Origin: Bacteroidota bacterium
GTDB lineage: Bacteria; Bacteroidota; Bacteroidia; AKYH767-A; OLB10
Length of the DNA stretch: 53,313 bases
NCBI GenBank assembly: GCA_046052065.1
Contig: JBJOND010000006.1
Coordinates: 1 to 53,313 of the forward strand
Direction: 5' to 3'
Notes under the pieces: generated by a model
The model's database searches: none
Seen by the model: only the letters and a program-made list of their open reading frames with translations
What the model was told of the DNA's origin: nothing
Made by a program: the position numbers and the translations under genes
Part shown: one piece after another, positions 18,072 through 27,845 of the stretch
Position numbering within the stretch: the stretch's first letter is position 1
Layout: each line of letters begins with the position of its first letter

Positions 18072-21000
18072 ATGAATCGATTAAAGTTTAATCTTATTGT
18101 AATTGCGCTACTGGCTTTTTATTATTCCACATCCGCACAGGATGAATGCAGTTCAGCAACAACAATAACACCGGGTGCATCGTGTAGCTATACTACATTC
18201 GATTTGCCTGGGGCTTTAACACGGTCATCTAATCTACCAAGTGCATGTAGTGGAAGTGGAATTGTGGATGATGCATGGGCAAAATTTACAGCAACTGCTA
18301 CAGCCTCAACTGTCCGCTATCAAAATACTAATCGAGATGCTGCAATATGGATTTATAGCGGAACGTGTGCATCGTTAACTTACATAAATTGTTCTAATAA
18401 CAGTACCTCCGCCAGCACTGAAGAAGTTACGTTCGCTTCTCTTGTAGGAACAACTTATTTTATTCGTGTAGGCCGTATGAGTGGAAATGGATCTCAAAGT
18501 ATGAGCGGTTCGATATGTGTAATTTGTGGAGACCCACCAGCTAACGACAACCCATGTGCGACAACGTTAGTTACAGCTAATTCCTCGTGCTCCTTTACGT
18601 ACTTTACCAATCTAATGGCAACATCTACTTCAGGCGTAGCTACGCCAAGTTGTGGAAATTATTCAGGGGGTGATGTTTGGTTTAAAACAGTAGTGCCTTC
18701 ATCGGGAGCACTTACAATCAGTACAGATACTGGGGCAATTACAGACGGGGCAATGGCCCTATATAGTGGATCTTGTGGGTCATTAACTTTAATCAATTGT
18801 TTTGATGGCGGTGGAGGCTCAAATGGGTTGATGCCTACGGCAAATCTTACTTGCTTAACACCTGGTGATACGCTATTCACTCGTTTCTGGGAAAGTGGTA
18901 ATGATGTAACGGGAACATTTAAATTCTGCGCTGTTGATCCTGGTGGTGCATCTGGCGTTCCTACAAATGATGAACCTTGTGATGCATTATCTATTATTTT
19001 AGGCGTACCAACAACTGGAACAAATAGTTGTTCGGGAGGGTCAGGTGAACCTTCAGCGCCATCTTGTTGGACAAATGGTAGCGGACAGCTAAACACAGTA
19101 TGGTATTCTATAGTAGCACCAGCAAGTGGTAAGCTTAGCATAAGAACAGGATTAGGAACATTAATCAATACTCAAATACAAGCATTCTCTGGGAGCTGCT
19201 CTAGTTTAGTCTCCATTGGCTGTAGTGATGACGTATCCTTATGCGGGGGTACGCAACAATGGTCGCAGCTACTATTAACAGGTTTAACAGCAGGTGCAAC
19301 CTATTATATTCGTGTGGATGGTTTTAATGGTTTGATGGGTGATTTTACAATCACTGCAATTGATGGAAATACAAATTGGCCAGCAGTACCAGGACAAGAT
19401 TGTTCCTCTTCATTATCTGTTTGTAGTGCGAATATGTCTGTAGGTAATCCCGGATTTTTAGGAAGTGGAAATTTTTGTGATTACCCGGGTAATGCAACTG
19501 GATGTTCAACCGGATCTTGTATTAAAGTAGGTGAAAGAAATTCTGTTTGGTATTCATTTTCGACTAATGCAACAGGGAATATTGAATTTATAATAACACC
19601 AAATTCTCCAGTAGATTACGACTGGGCTTTGTATGATGTTACTGGATTACCAGATGGATGTTCTTCCATTTCATCAAGTTTATTGTCCCCAGTTCGTTGT
19701 AGCTATTGGGGAGGTACAGGCCCAACAGGTTTGTCATCAGCAGGAACAGAAACCTGCGACGGTACTTCGGGAACGGAAGATGGATGGTCAAATGTGTTAC
19801 CTACTTTAGGTAACCGTCAGTATTTATTATTTGTGAGTAATTATAGTCTCACTACGTTTGTTGGTTATTCACTCACGTTTGGATCGAGTCCAATTAATTA
19901 TAATCAGAGTAGTAATCTTACCTGGTCAGGTTCTGCTGGTACTAACTGGAACAATTCCAACAATTGGGGTGGGTGTAATATTCCAGATTGTAGCCGTGAT
20001 GTATTAATTTATGGTGGTCCGTCATCACAACCAATTATCCCAGATAACACCACTATCAATTGTCGAAATCTAACAATTCAAGCGGGTGCTACATTAACAT
20101 TCGGACAAAACTGTACGCTTAATATTTGTGGAAGTTATGTTAATAATGGGTTGTTAAATATGCCTTCTACTTGTACCATTCAATTTCAAAATGTAGCAAC
20201 GCAAACCATTGATGGTAATATGACAGGAACTAATAAGTTTGGAAATTTTACAGTATCCAAAACAGGAGGAACGTTAACATTTTTGCAAGATGTTGATGTA
20301 AGTGGAAATCTGACAATCAATTCGGCGCTTTCTACTACTACAATGAACGGTAAAAAAGTAAAGTTGGAAGGAAATTTTTCTAATCCAAGTTCTGCTTTAA
20401 TTATACCAGTTAGCTCGACTCTTGAATTTTATGGAAGTAATAATCAAACGTATCATCAAGGAGCAGTTGATCTTGATCATCAAAATGTAATTATCAATAA
20501 GGCAGGAGGTTTTATTACATTACAAACCGACTTGGTTGTTGATGAGTTGGGCGTTTTAAATTTAACGAATGGAATTATCGCAACAGGGCTAAATAAAGTG
20601 TATTTACAAAATGAATATTCAACAGGGCTGATTGGAGGATGTTCGAACAGTTATATTGACGGTGAATTAATGCGTGATGTTGTTGGCTCAGTCAACACCT
20701 ATACTTTTCCTATTGGTAAGATAGGTATTGGGTTTCAACTTGCTTCCGTAGATGTTATTAATCCTGCTGCATTGAACGCGTTAAGTGGTCGATTTAATTC
20801 ATGGTCAACTGTTCCGATGGGTCCTTCATCGAACGATTGTGGAGGAGCTAATTACGGATTAATGCAGGTGTTTAACTCTGGATATTGGACATTTAATTCT
20901 ACACCTGCCAATGTACCTGGAAATTATAGTATGAGTATTGCTTCAACTGGACAAACGAATGAAGGGTACAATGCAGGAACAACAATTGTTAAATCAACAA

Positions 21001-21674
21001 ATGGCGGTATTGCGTGGGGATTAGATGGTGTTTGTGTTACAACAAGCAATGCAAGACTTGCAGCACGATCTTTAATGAGTGGATTTGGAATGTTTGCTAT
21101 TGGACAAACCTCAGCGCCGTTACCAGTAGAGCTTTTATCGTTTACGGGCACTCCTCATGAACATTATAATTTACTTGAATGGATGACTGCTACTGAGAAA
21201 GACAATGATTTTTTTACTTTAGAAAAATCGTTTGATGGAGTTTCTTTTGAAAAGGTTGGTACCATAAAAGGAGCTGGTAATAGTAGCGTACAACAAAATT
21301 ATTCCATGTTAGATGATAATACCGCCAATGGCATTACCTATTATCGTTTATCTCAAACAGATTACGATGGAACAACAAGTAAGAGTTCAATTATTGCTAT
21401 CAACCGAAAAAATAAATCGTGTGTTGTTATGGCTTATCCTAATCCTTCAACAGGCCCTTGTGCATTGCATATCGAAACCGTTAATACTGGAAATTACACT
21501 CTTTATATAAGTGACTTGCATGGCAGAGAACTTTTCAGGCAATCAATTTTTATTGATAAAGAAGTTTATAGTTATAACTTTAATATTTCAGAATATAAAT
21601 GCGGAATTTATAATTGTATTCTCGAAAATGACGAAACAAAAGAACGAGTCAATATTCGTTTTATCAGACAATAA
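18072..21674 (+). CDS. Large Cys-rich T9SS-secreted surface protein (1200 aa)
   Basis: Signal peptide, repeated modules starting QDEC/NDNPC/NDEPC/QDC each with a later D/T/S-V/A-W motif, a beta-rich centre, the LPVEL domain and a YPNP C-terminal domain. Confidence 0.85.
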   Translation: MNRLKFNLIVIALLAFYYSTSAQDECSSATTITPGASCSYTTFDLPGALTRSSNLPSACSGSGIVDDAWAKFTATATASTVRYQNTNRDAAIWIYSGTCASLTYINCSNNSTSASTEEVTFASLVGTTYFIRVGRMSGNGSQSMSGSICVICGDPPANDNPCATTLVTANSSCSFTYFTNLMATSTSGVATPSCGNYSGGDVWFKTVVPSSGALTISTDTGAITDGAMALYSGSCGSLTLINCFDGGGGSNGLMPTANLTCLTPGDTLFTRFWESGNDVTGTFKFCAVDPGGASGVPTNDEPCDALSIILGVPTTGTNSCSGGSGEPSAPSCWTNGSGQLNTVWYSIVAPASGKLSIRTGLGTLINTQIQAFSGSCSSLVSIGCSDDVSLCGGTQQWSQLLLTGLTAGATYYIRVDGFNGLMGDFTITAIDGNTNWPAVPGQDCSSSLSVCSANMSVGNPGFLGSGNFCDYPGNATGCSTGSCIKVGERNSVWYSFSTNATGNIEFIITPNSPVDYDWALYDVTGLPDGCSSISSSLLSPVRCSYWGGTGPTGLSSAGTETCDGTSGTEDGWSNVLPTLGNRQYLLFVSNYSLTTFVGYSLTFGSSPINYNQSSNLTWSGSAGTNWNNSNNWGGCNIPDCSRDVLIYGGPSSQPIIPDNTTINCRNLTIQAGATLTFGQNCTLNICGSYVNNGLLNMPSTCTIQFQNVATQTIDGNMTGTNKFGNFTVSKTGGTLTFLQDVDVSGNLTINSALSTTTMNGKKVKLEGNFSNPSSALIIPVSSTLEFYGSNNQTYHQGAVDLDHQNVIINKAGGFITLQTDLVVDELGVLNLTNGIIATGLNKVYLQNEYSTGLIGGCSNSYIDGELMRDVVGSVNTYTFPIGKIGIGFQLASVDVINPAALNALSGRFNSWSTVPMGPSSNDCGGANYGLMQVFNSGYWTFNSTPANVPGNYSMSIASTGQTNEGYNAGTTIVKSTNGGIAWGLDGVCVTTSNARLAARSLMSGFGMFAIGQTSAPLPVELLSFTGTPHEHYNLLEWMTATEKDNDFFTLEKSFDGVSFEKVGTIKGAGNSSVQQNYSMLDDNTANGITYYRLSQTDYDGTTSKSSIIAINRKNKSCVVMAYPNPSTGPCALHIETVNTGNYTLYISDLHGRELFRQSIFIDKEVYSYNFNISEYKCGIYNCILENDETKERVNIRFIRQ

Positions 21675-21757
21675 AAAAGAAGAGCGGCCATTTAGCCCCT
21701 CATTTAGTTTTAAATATATTTGTATAATGAAGGAACTATCTAAATTATGTGGTTTAT

Positions 21758-22037
21758 AAAATAGTGGCTTTAAAGACACTATTTTTAAGAGTAAGTATGC
21801 TGACAGTATGCATTAAGTCATATAAAATCAGTCGAGCTCGACTGATTTTTTTGTGGATTGATGAAAAAAATAATTGTTTGTTATTAAACGAGTGTGCCGC
21901 GGTAAACTCATTTGTGGTATTGTGGTTAGACAAAAAGAAATGGACGATATTTTCAGTGTAACACGTTACACTATTTTGAAATAAAGATTTGATATCGGAG
22001 TTTGTAACAATAAAAACAGTCCAATTGGACTGAATAT
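21758..22037. repeat. Regularly spaced array of five variable-core palindromes (AGT-core-ACT with A/T flanks)
   Basis: Units at 21758-21785, 21824-21849, 21886-21913, 21950-21977 and 22012-22037. Centre-to-centre spacing is 65, 63, 64 and 61 bp. Confidence 0.8.
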
Positions 22038-22147
22038 TTCAAACTTTGAGTGTTGAAAAATGAAATGAACGATATTATATCAGATATGCTTCATTGAAAA
22101 TTAGTAGTGGGTTGATGATATTTTGAAATGAATTAATTTTTCTGCAC

Positions 22148-22176
22148 AAAAAAACCCCGATGACAATCGGGGTTTT
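22148..22176. terminator. Intrinsic terminator of sodA, possibly bidirectional
   Basis: aaaaccccgat-gaca-atcggggtttt with a preceding A tract. Confidence 0.85.
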
Positions 22177-22198
22177 AATTTTTATGTTAAACGAATTC

Positions 22199-22801
22199 TT
22201 ACATAGTAAATCTCTTCTCTGCTTCTTCCCAGTTTACTACATTCCACCACGCATTGATGTAGTCGGGGCGACGATTTTGATAATGCAAATAGTAAGCATG
22301 TTCCCAAACATCTAAACCAATAATAGGAAAGCCTTTTACATCAGCAACATCCATTAACGGATTATCTTGATTTGCAGTGCTGCAAATTTCTAAATCGCCA
22401 TTTGCATTTTTAATTAACCAAGCCCAACCTGAACCAAAACGTGTTGTAGCTGCTGCATTAAATTTCGTTTTAAAATCTTCGAAGTTGCCAAATGCTTTGT
22501 TGATGGCTTCTGCTAAAGTTCCTTTCGGCTGTCCGCCACCGTTAGGTGATAAAATTGACCAGAACATGGAGTGGTTGTAATGTCCACCGCCATTGTTACG
22601 TACTGCCATTGGATATTTGCTGATGTTTTTGCATATATCTTCTATGCTTGCATTTTCTGCATCTGTTCCAGCAATTGCATTGTTAAGATTAGTTACATAC
22701 GCTTGATGGTGTTTTCCATGGTGGATTTCCATTGTGCGTGCGTCGATATGAGGCTCTAAAGCATCTAAATTGTAATTAAGTGTTGGTAGTGTGAATGACA
22801 T
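22199..22801 (-). CDS. sodA: Superoxide dismutase, probably Mn-type
   Basis: [28 protein letters not shown] and DVWEHAYY. Confidence 0.95.
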   Translation of the reverse strand: MSFTLPTLNYNLDALEPHIDARTMEIHHGKHHQAYVTNLNNAIAGTDAENASIEDICKNISKYPMAVRNNGGGHYNHSMFWSILSPNGGGQPKGTLAEAINKAFGNFEDFKTKFNAAATTRFGSGWAWLIKNANGDLEICSTANQDNPLMDVADVKGFPIIGLDVWEHAYYLHYQNRRPDYINAWWNVVNWEEAEKRFTM

Positions 22802-22820
22802 AATATGATTGTTTTAAAAA

Positions 22821-23930
22821 TTATTTTCTTTTTTCAGTTAAACACTGGTTGAACATCGTTTCATATTCATCAGCAATTTTTTGCCAGTTATACTCCTGGT
22901 CAATTTTTACTTTATTGTTTTGTATAAAAGTAGTACGTTTCGGCTCTACTTCTGTTTTTCCATCAATAATATTGGCCACATCCTGATTATTATCAAAGTA
23001 AAAAGCATTTTCGCCTAAAACATCGCGGTTAAATAAGTTGTTATGCGCCATAATAAAGGCACCTGATGCCATTGCCTCCAATAAAGATGGATTTGTACCT
23101 CCAACAGAATGTCCGTGGAAATAATAACGCGAATGCCATCTTAAATTATCTAACACATTTAAATTATAAAGCCCGCCTAAAAAACGGATACCCGTAGCGT
23201 TAGCATACTTTGTTTTTAGTACTTCTCCGTAAGGTGTATTATGATTTCCGATTACAAGCATTGGCTTATCCGAAGAAGATAACAAGTACCCATCTAATAT
23301 AGTTTCTATGTTATTTTCTTTTTCCAAACGTGCAATTAGCATATCATAATTACCTTCCTGAAGTTGATATTCTTTCAGGCATGAAGCATCTGGTTGATCA
23401 AATAAAGTAGCACCGTAAGCTATAAAGGCAGAATCTTTCTGATAAGTATTTAAAAAGTAATTACGGATTTCGCGATTATCGCTGACCAAGAAATCAGAAT
23501 ATTTAACGCCTAACTTTTCGAAGAAGATGGTTAATTTTTTTACGGTAGGACTCCACTTATCTCGTTTCCATTCTAGACCATCCATATTGGTTACCCAAAC
23601 CGATTTACGCTTACGTACAAAGGGAAAGAAAATTGAGGAAGTAGCATATCCAAGAAAAAGTAAAATATCATATTTACTTTTCGAAGCATGGCGCATACTT
23701 AAGTAATCATAAATAAAAACACCAGCTGAACCAATTTTTTCTTCTGGGTTATAAATCTTTTCAATTTTTACTCCTTGAAATTCGGGTTGATCGTAATCGT
23801 GGTAATGCGGATTATACACTGTAACCTGATGTCCAGCCTTCACTAATAGTACCGCCACCATTTCCGCAAATTGTTCAAAGCCACCATAGTTATTTGGAAC
23901 ACCTCTCGATCCGATAATCGCAATTTTCAT
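22821..23930 (-). CDS. GT4 glycosyltransferase with an N-terminal DUF1972-like domain
   Basis: IIGSRGVPNNYGGFE, NMDGLEWKR and HGHSVGGTNPSLLEAM. Confidence 0.88.
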   Translation of the reverse strand: MKIAIIGSRGVPNNYGGFEQFAEMVAVLLVKAGHQVTVYNPHYHDYDQPEFQGVKIEKIYNPEEKIGSAGVFIYDYLSMRHASKSKYDILLFLGYATSSIFFPFVRKRKSVWVTNMDGLEWKRDKWSPTVKKLTIFFEKLGVKYSDFLVSDNREIRNYFLNTYQKDSAFIAYGATLFDQPDASCLKEYQLQEGNYDMLIARLEKENNIETILDGYLLSSSDKPMLVIGNHNTPYGEVLKTKYANATGIRFLGGLYNLNVLDNLRWHSRYYFHGHSVGGTNPSLLEAMASGAFIMAHNNLFNRDVLGENAFYFDNNQDVANIIDGKTEVEPKRTTFIQNNKVKIDQEYNWQKIADEYETMFNQCLTEKRK

Positions 23931-23947
23931 GTGAACGAAAATAAAAG

Positions 23948-24994
23948 TTATTTTGATAGAAATGCATCCCAGCCTTGAGCAGAGAGCGGGTGCACATTAT
24001 TTTGTTTGTCAACGAAATGGTAACCTGCGCTTTTATGAGTGATATGTCCAACAACACTTATTTCAGCACGATCTTTTACTTTTTCATATTCGCTCATGGG
24101 AATTGTAAATAGTAATTCATAATCTTCTCCGCCATTTAATGCGGCCATGGTAGCATCTAATCCGAGTTCCATTCCGAGTTCACGGGTTAAGTGATCAATT
24201 GGAAGTTTATCTTCATAAATCTGACAGCCTACATCTGACTGATGACAGATATGTAATATTTCAGAAGCCAATCCATCAGAGATATCAATCATAGATGTTG
24301 GTTGTAAATACCAGGTTTTAAAGCGTTGGATAATATCTAAACGTGCTTCAGGTTTTAACTGACGCTCGAGGATATAATCAAACCCTTGTAAGTCGGGTTG
24401 TGCATTCGGATTTTCGAGGAAGATTTGTTTTTCACGATTTAGAAGTTGTAGTCCCATGTATGCTCCACCTAAATCGCCAGTCACGCAAATCAAATCATTT
24501 TCTTTAGCCCCGTTTCGATAAACGATATCTTGAGCGGGCGCAATACCAATGGCGGTGATGCTGATAATCATTCCACTTTTCGAAGAAGTGGTATCTCCAC
24601 CAACAAGGTCAACACCGTAGCGTTCGCAGGCTAAAAGAACGCCGCTATAAAATTCTTCAATAGCTTCTAGCGAGAAGCGATTAGAAATTCCTAGGCCGAG
24701 GGTTATTTGCTTAGGAATAGCATTCATGGCACATACATCACTGATGTTAACCACTACCGATTTATAGCCTAAGTGTTTTAATGGGCAATAGGAAAGATCA
24801 AAGTGAACGCCTTCCAAAAGCAGGTCGGTAGTTATAACTGTCTGGCCTTCGCCATTATCAACTACTGCCGCATCGTCGCCAATACCTTTAATACTACCTG
24901 ATTGCGTAAGCTTTACTTGATTTTTGATATGTTCTATTAATCCGAACTCCCCTAAATTCTGTAGTTCAGTTCTGTTGTTTTTATTTTCAAACAT
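23948..24994 (-). CDS. thiL: Thiamine-monophosphate kinase
   Basis: GEFGLI, GIGDDAA, NISDVCAM, GGDT, IDISDGL and GGEDYEL. Confidence 0.96.
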   Translation of the reverse strand: MFENKNNRTELQNLGEFGLIEHIKNQVKLTQSGSIKGIGDDAAVVDNGEGQTVITTDLLLEGVHFDLSYCPLKHLGYKSVVVNISDVCAMNAIPKQITLGLGISNRFSLEAIEEFYSGVLLACERYGVDLVGGDTTSSKSGMIISITAIGIAPAQDIVYRNGAKENDLICVTGDLGGAYMGLQLLNREKQIFLENPNAQPDLQGFDYILERQLKPEARLDIIQRFKTWYLQPTSMIDISDGLASEILHICHQSDVGCQIYEDKLPIDHLTRELGMELGLDATMAALNGGEDYELLFTIPMSEYEKVKDRAEISVVGHITHKSAGYHFVDKQNNVHPLSAQGWDAFLSK

Positions 24995-25116
24995 GGGGCA
25001 AAGATAATGAGAGAATTGGTCCGAGGGTCAATTGAGAGATTGAGAATGAAATCATATCAAAATATAATGGCTCAAAAACAGTGATTTAAATCGAGGCAAG
25101 AGAGCGACATTATACA

Positions 25117-25154
25117 TTCACAAACCTTTATTATAATATTAAGAAATTGTTAAG
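25117..25154 (+). promoter_or_regulatory. Possible PHO-box-like direct repeats phased at 11 bp
   Basis: ttcac / ttatt / ttaag / ttaag start at 25117, 25128, 25139 and 25150, upstream of a phosphate transport operon. Confidence 0.35.
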
Positions 25155-25210
25155 TGGGGGAAGTAACATTATAAAAAAGTTAACTTCGCCCCATTAAACA
25201 GATTAAAATT

Positions 25211-25858
25211 ATGTCAACATTTGGATTCTTAAAGTATTTCGTTCCTCAGGATCGTAAATTCTTCCCTCTATTTGATAAAGCAGCATCGAACGTTCACGAA
25301 GGTGGAAAAGCGATTTATGCTTTGGTAACAGCTGAAACTAGCGAAGAAAGAACACATTATCTACGCTTAATAGAAAAAATCGAACATCAGGGCGATGAAA
25401 TTACGCATGAGATTTTTACAGAATTGAGTAAAAATTTTATTACGCCTTATGATCGCGAAGATATTCACCGATTAGTAACTGCAATTGATGATATTATTGA
25501 TTTTATTCATGGATCATCTAAGCGAATCGAATTATATAAAATTGAAAAGTTTGATAATGATGTTATTAAGTTAGCTGAATTAATTGAGCACACGACAGAT
25601 GAATTGCGTCGTGCAGTTTTAGAATTAAAGAATATGCAGAAGATGCGTGACATTACAGCATCATTAGTTCGTATTAATAGCATTGAAAATCATGCAGACG
25701 ATATTTTTGATCATGCTGTAGCCAATTTGTTTGAGAAGGAAACAAACGCTGTGCAGATTATTAAGATGAAGGAGATTTTACAATCATTAGAAACAGCTAC
25801 CGATAAATGCGAAGATGCTGCTAATGTGATTGAGTCAATTATGATTAAAATGGCTTAA
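25211..25858 (+). CDS. DUF47 / PhoU-like phosphate transport regulator
   Basis: EHQGDEITH, FITPYDREDI, ENHAD and LETATDKCED; adjacent to PiT. Confidence 0.9.
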   Translation: MSTFGFLKYFVPQDRKFFPLFDKAASNVHEGGKAIYALVTAETSEERTHYLRLIEKIEHQGDEITHEIFTELSKNFITPYDREDIHRLVTAIDDIIDFIHGSSKRIELYKIEKFDNDVIKLAELIEHTTDELRRAVLELKNMQKMRDITASLVRINSIENHADDIFDHAVANLFEKETNAVQIIKMKEILQSLETATDKCEDAANVIESIMIKMA

Positions 25859-25869
25859 GGCAAACTACT

Positions 25870-26973
25870 ATGCTTACATTATTAGTAATCGTTATTATTC
25901 TTGCCATTGTATTTGATTTTATCAATGGTTTTCATGATGCAGCCAATTCAATTGCAACGGTAGTAAGTACGCAAGTATTAAGTCCTGTAGCAGCTGTTAT
26001 TTGGGCCGCATTTTTTAATGTGCTTGCATTTTGGCTATTCAAGCTACATGTAGCTGATACGGTATCAAAAACAGTCACCGGAGATATAACACTATATGTT
26101 GTACTTGCGGGATTAATTGCTGCTATTATTTGGAACTTACTTACCTGGTGGTTAGGAATTCCTTCAAGTTCGTCACATACTTTAATTGGCGGGTTTGGCG
26201 GTGCTGCTATTGCCCACGGTGGGTGGGATTGTGTTGGTTGGTATAAGGCAGGAAAAGAAGGTGTTGCGTGGTATAATGGAGGAATGCCTTCGGGGGTATT
26301 GGTAGTAATTGCGTTTATTGTAATTGCGCCCGTTGTAGGGATGTTATTTTCCTATGTCATCTCCGTAATTACGCTTCATATTTGCAAGAAGGTTCGTCCA
26401 TCGAAAGTAGATAAGGTATTCCGCAAATTACAATTAGCATCAAGTGCTTTGTTTAGCTTAGGTCATGGTGGTAATGATGCACAAAAAGTAATGGGGATCA
26501 TATCAGCGGCCTTATTAATTTACATGAAGCATTTGGAATCAACGGGTATGGCAATCCCTGAATGGGCAAATGTGGTGAGAGAACTGGATCCTAAGACGGG
26601 TAAAATGTCTATCAAAGATATACCTACTTGGGTTGAAATCAGTTGTTATTCTGCTATTGGTTTGGGTACAATGTTCGGAGGATGGAAAATTGTAAAAACA
26701 ATGGGTAGCAAGATTACGAAACTAACACCGTTTGAAGGCTTCTCTGCAGAGACAGCAGGTGCTGCCACTTTATTTGCAACAAGTTCAATGGGTATTCCAG
26801 TGAGTACTACGCATACAATTACAGGCTCTATTATAGGAGTAGGAATGATGAAAAGAGTTTCTGCGGTTAGATGGGGTGTTACTATTAGTTTATTATGGGC
26901 GTGGATTTTAACCATCCCGATTTCAGGTTTATTAGCTGCTTTAACCTATTATTTGATAACGCTATTTATTTGA
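25870..26973 (+). CDS. pit: Inorganic phosphate transporter, PiT family
   Basis: NGFHDAANS, GIPSSSSH, HGGNDAQK and GIPVSTTH. Confidence 0.95.
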   Translation: MLTLLVIVIILAIVFDFINGFHDAANSIATVVSTQVLSPVAAVIWAAFFNVLAFWLFKLHVADTVSKTVTGDITLYVVLAGLIAAIIWNLLTWWLGIPSSSSHTLIGGFGGAAIAHGGWDCVGWYKAGKEGVAWYNGGMPSGVLVVIAFIVIAPVVGMLFSYVISVITLHICKKVRPSKVDKVFRKLQLASSALFSLGHGGNDAQKVMGIISAALLIYMKHLESTGMAIPEWANVVRELDPKTGKMSIKDIPTWVEISCYSAIGLGTMFGGWKIVKTMGSKITKLTPFEGFSAETAGAATLFATSSMGIPVSTTHTITGSIIGVGMMKRVSAVRWGVTISLLWAWILTIPISGLLAALTYYLITLFI

Positions 26974-26995
26974 TAGCATTGATTTAAGTTTTATA

Positions 26996-27034
26996 AAAAC
27001 CCTGCAGTTCTAAAAACTGCAGGGTTTTCTTTTT
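26996..27034 (+). terminator. Intrinsic terminator after pit
   Basis: aaaaccctgcagtt-ctaaa-aactgcagggtttt followed by a T-rich tail. Confidence 0.88.
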
Positions 27035-27127
27035 CAGGTAGTTCCGTTTTAGCAAGGTTGCAGAAATTTAAAAAAAGGGTTGGAGGGGGTGCATCTTTGC
27101 CTCACTAATTTTAAAACAACTCACAAC

Positions 27128-27778
27128 ATGAAATCAAAAACGTATTATCAGCTGATCATGGATGCTAGTAGCAGCATGTCAGGCGTGCAAATTGAAACGC
27201 TTAACGCATTGAACTCACAGATTGAGTCTATTCGTAAAACGGCAGCAAAAAATCCTGAACAAAAAATTTATGTATCACTTACTTTGTTCGATACAGTTGT
27301 AAAAGAGGTAATTACTAATTCGGCTCCGAATTGTATTCAATTATTAACCCGAAGTCAGTATCAACCTGGTGGATGCACAGCCTTATTAGATGCAATCGGA
27401 TCACGCATTGCACAATTAGAAGAGGTTGTTACACCAGAGGATGATGTAGTGATGGTTATCTTAACGGATGGAGAAGAAAACTCTTCACAGTTTTATAACT
27501 ACGCACAAATTGCGAATAAAATCAAAACACTTACGGATAAAGGAAACTGGTCGTTTTCATTCTTAGGAGCAGATATCGATGCATGGAGTATTGCTAGAAA
27601 TTTAAATATTAGACAAGATGAAGTACGATCATTTTCTAAGGATCAAATGTGTTGCTCAATGGATGTTGTAGCAGCTGATTTTGATGGTTACATGTTGAAA
27701 AAGACCATGGGTATTCGTTCCAACAAGTTGTTTGGAAATGATGACGATGCTCCGATCAATCCTCGTCCAAAGATTTAA
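27128..27778 (+). CDS. Stand-alone von Willebrand factor A (vWA) domain protein
   Basis: MIDAS DxSxS (MDASSSM), GCTALLDAIG, ILTDGEENSS and FSFLGA. Start ATG 27128. Confidence 0.88.
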   Translation: MKSKTYYQLIMDASSSMSGVQIETLNALNSQIESIRKTAAKNPEQKIYVSLTLFDTVVKEVITNSAPNCIQLLTRSQYQPGGCTALLDAIGSRIAQLEEVVTPEDDVVMVILTDGEENSSQFYNYAQIANKIKTLTDKGNWSFSFLGADIDAWSIARNLNIRQDEVRSFSKDQMCCSMDVVAADFDGYMLKKTMGIRSNKLFGNDDDAPINPRPKI

Positions 27779-27845
27779 TTAATTGTTTAAGTGTCTTTCT
27801 AGTTTGCAATTCAATAATAAAATAATAGTATTAAAAAATCAATTT

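Noticed and set aside
21511-21961. ORFs 21511-21759, 21588-21779 and 21749-21961
   Set aside because: They overlap a real gene or the palindrome array and show no recognisable protein motifs.
21957-21972. Canonical parS site (TGTTTCACGTGAAACA)
   Set aside because: Only 11/16 positions match and the symmetry centre is shifted by 1 bp. Kept only as a hint for the array hypothesis.
21758-22037. Calling the palindrome array a CRISPR array
   Set aside because: Period and spacer length fit, but the units share only AGT/ACT and A/T flanks rather than near-identical repeats, and no cas gene is in the window.
22075-22100. Sixth palindrome unit at the expected period
   Set aside because: Only tca...tga and a short atatc-a-gatat symmetry are present, with no AGT/ACT arms.
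24995-25100. TPP riboswitch upstream of thiL
   Set aside because: The promoter box abuts the start codon, leaving no leader, and no TPP aptamer core is visible.
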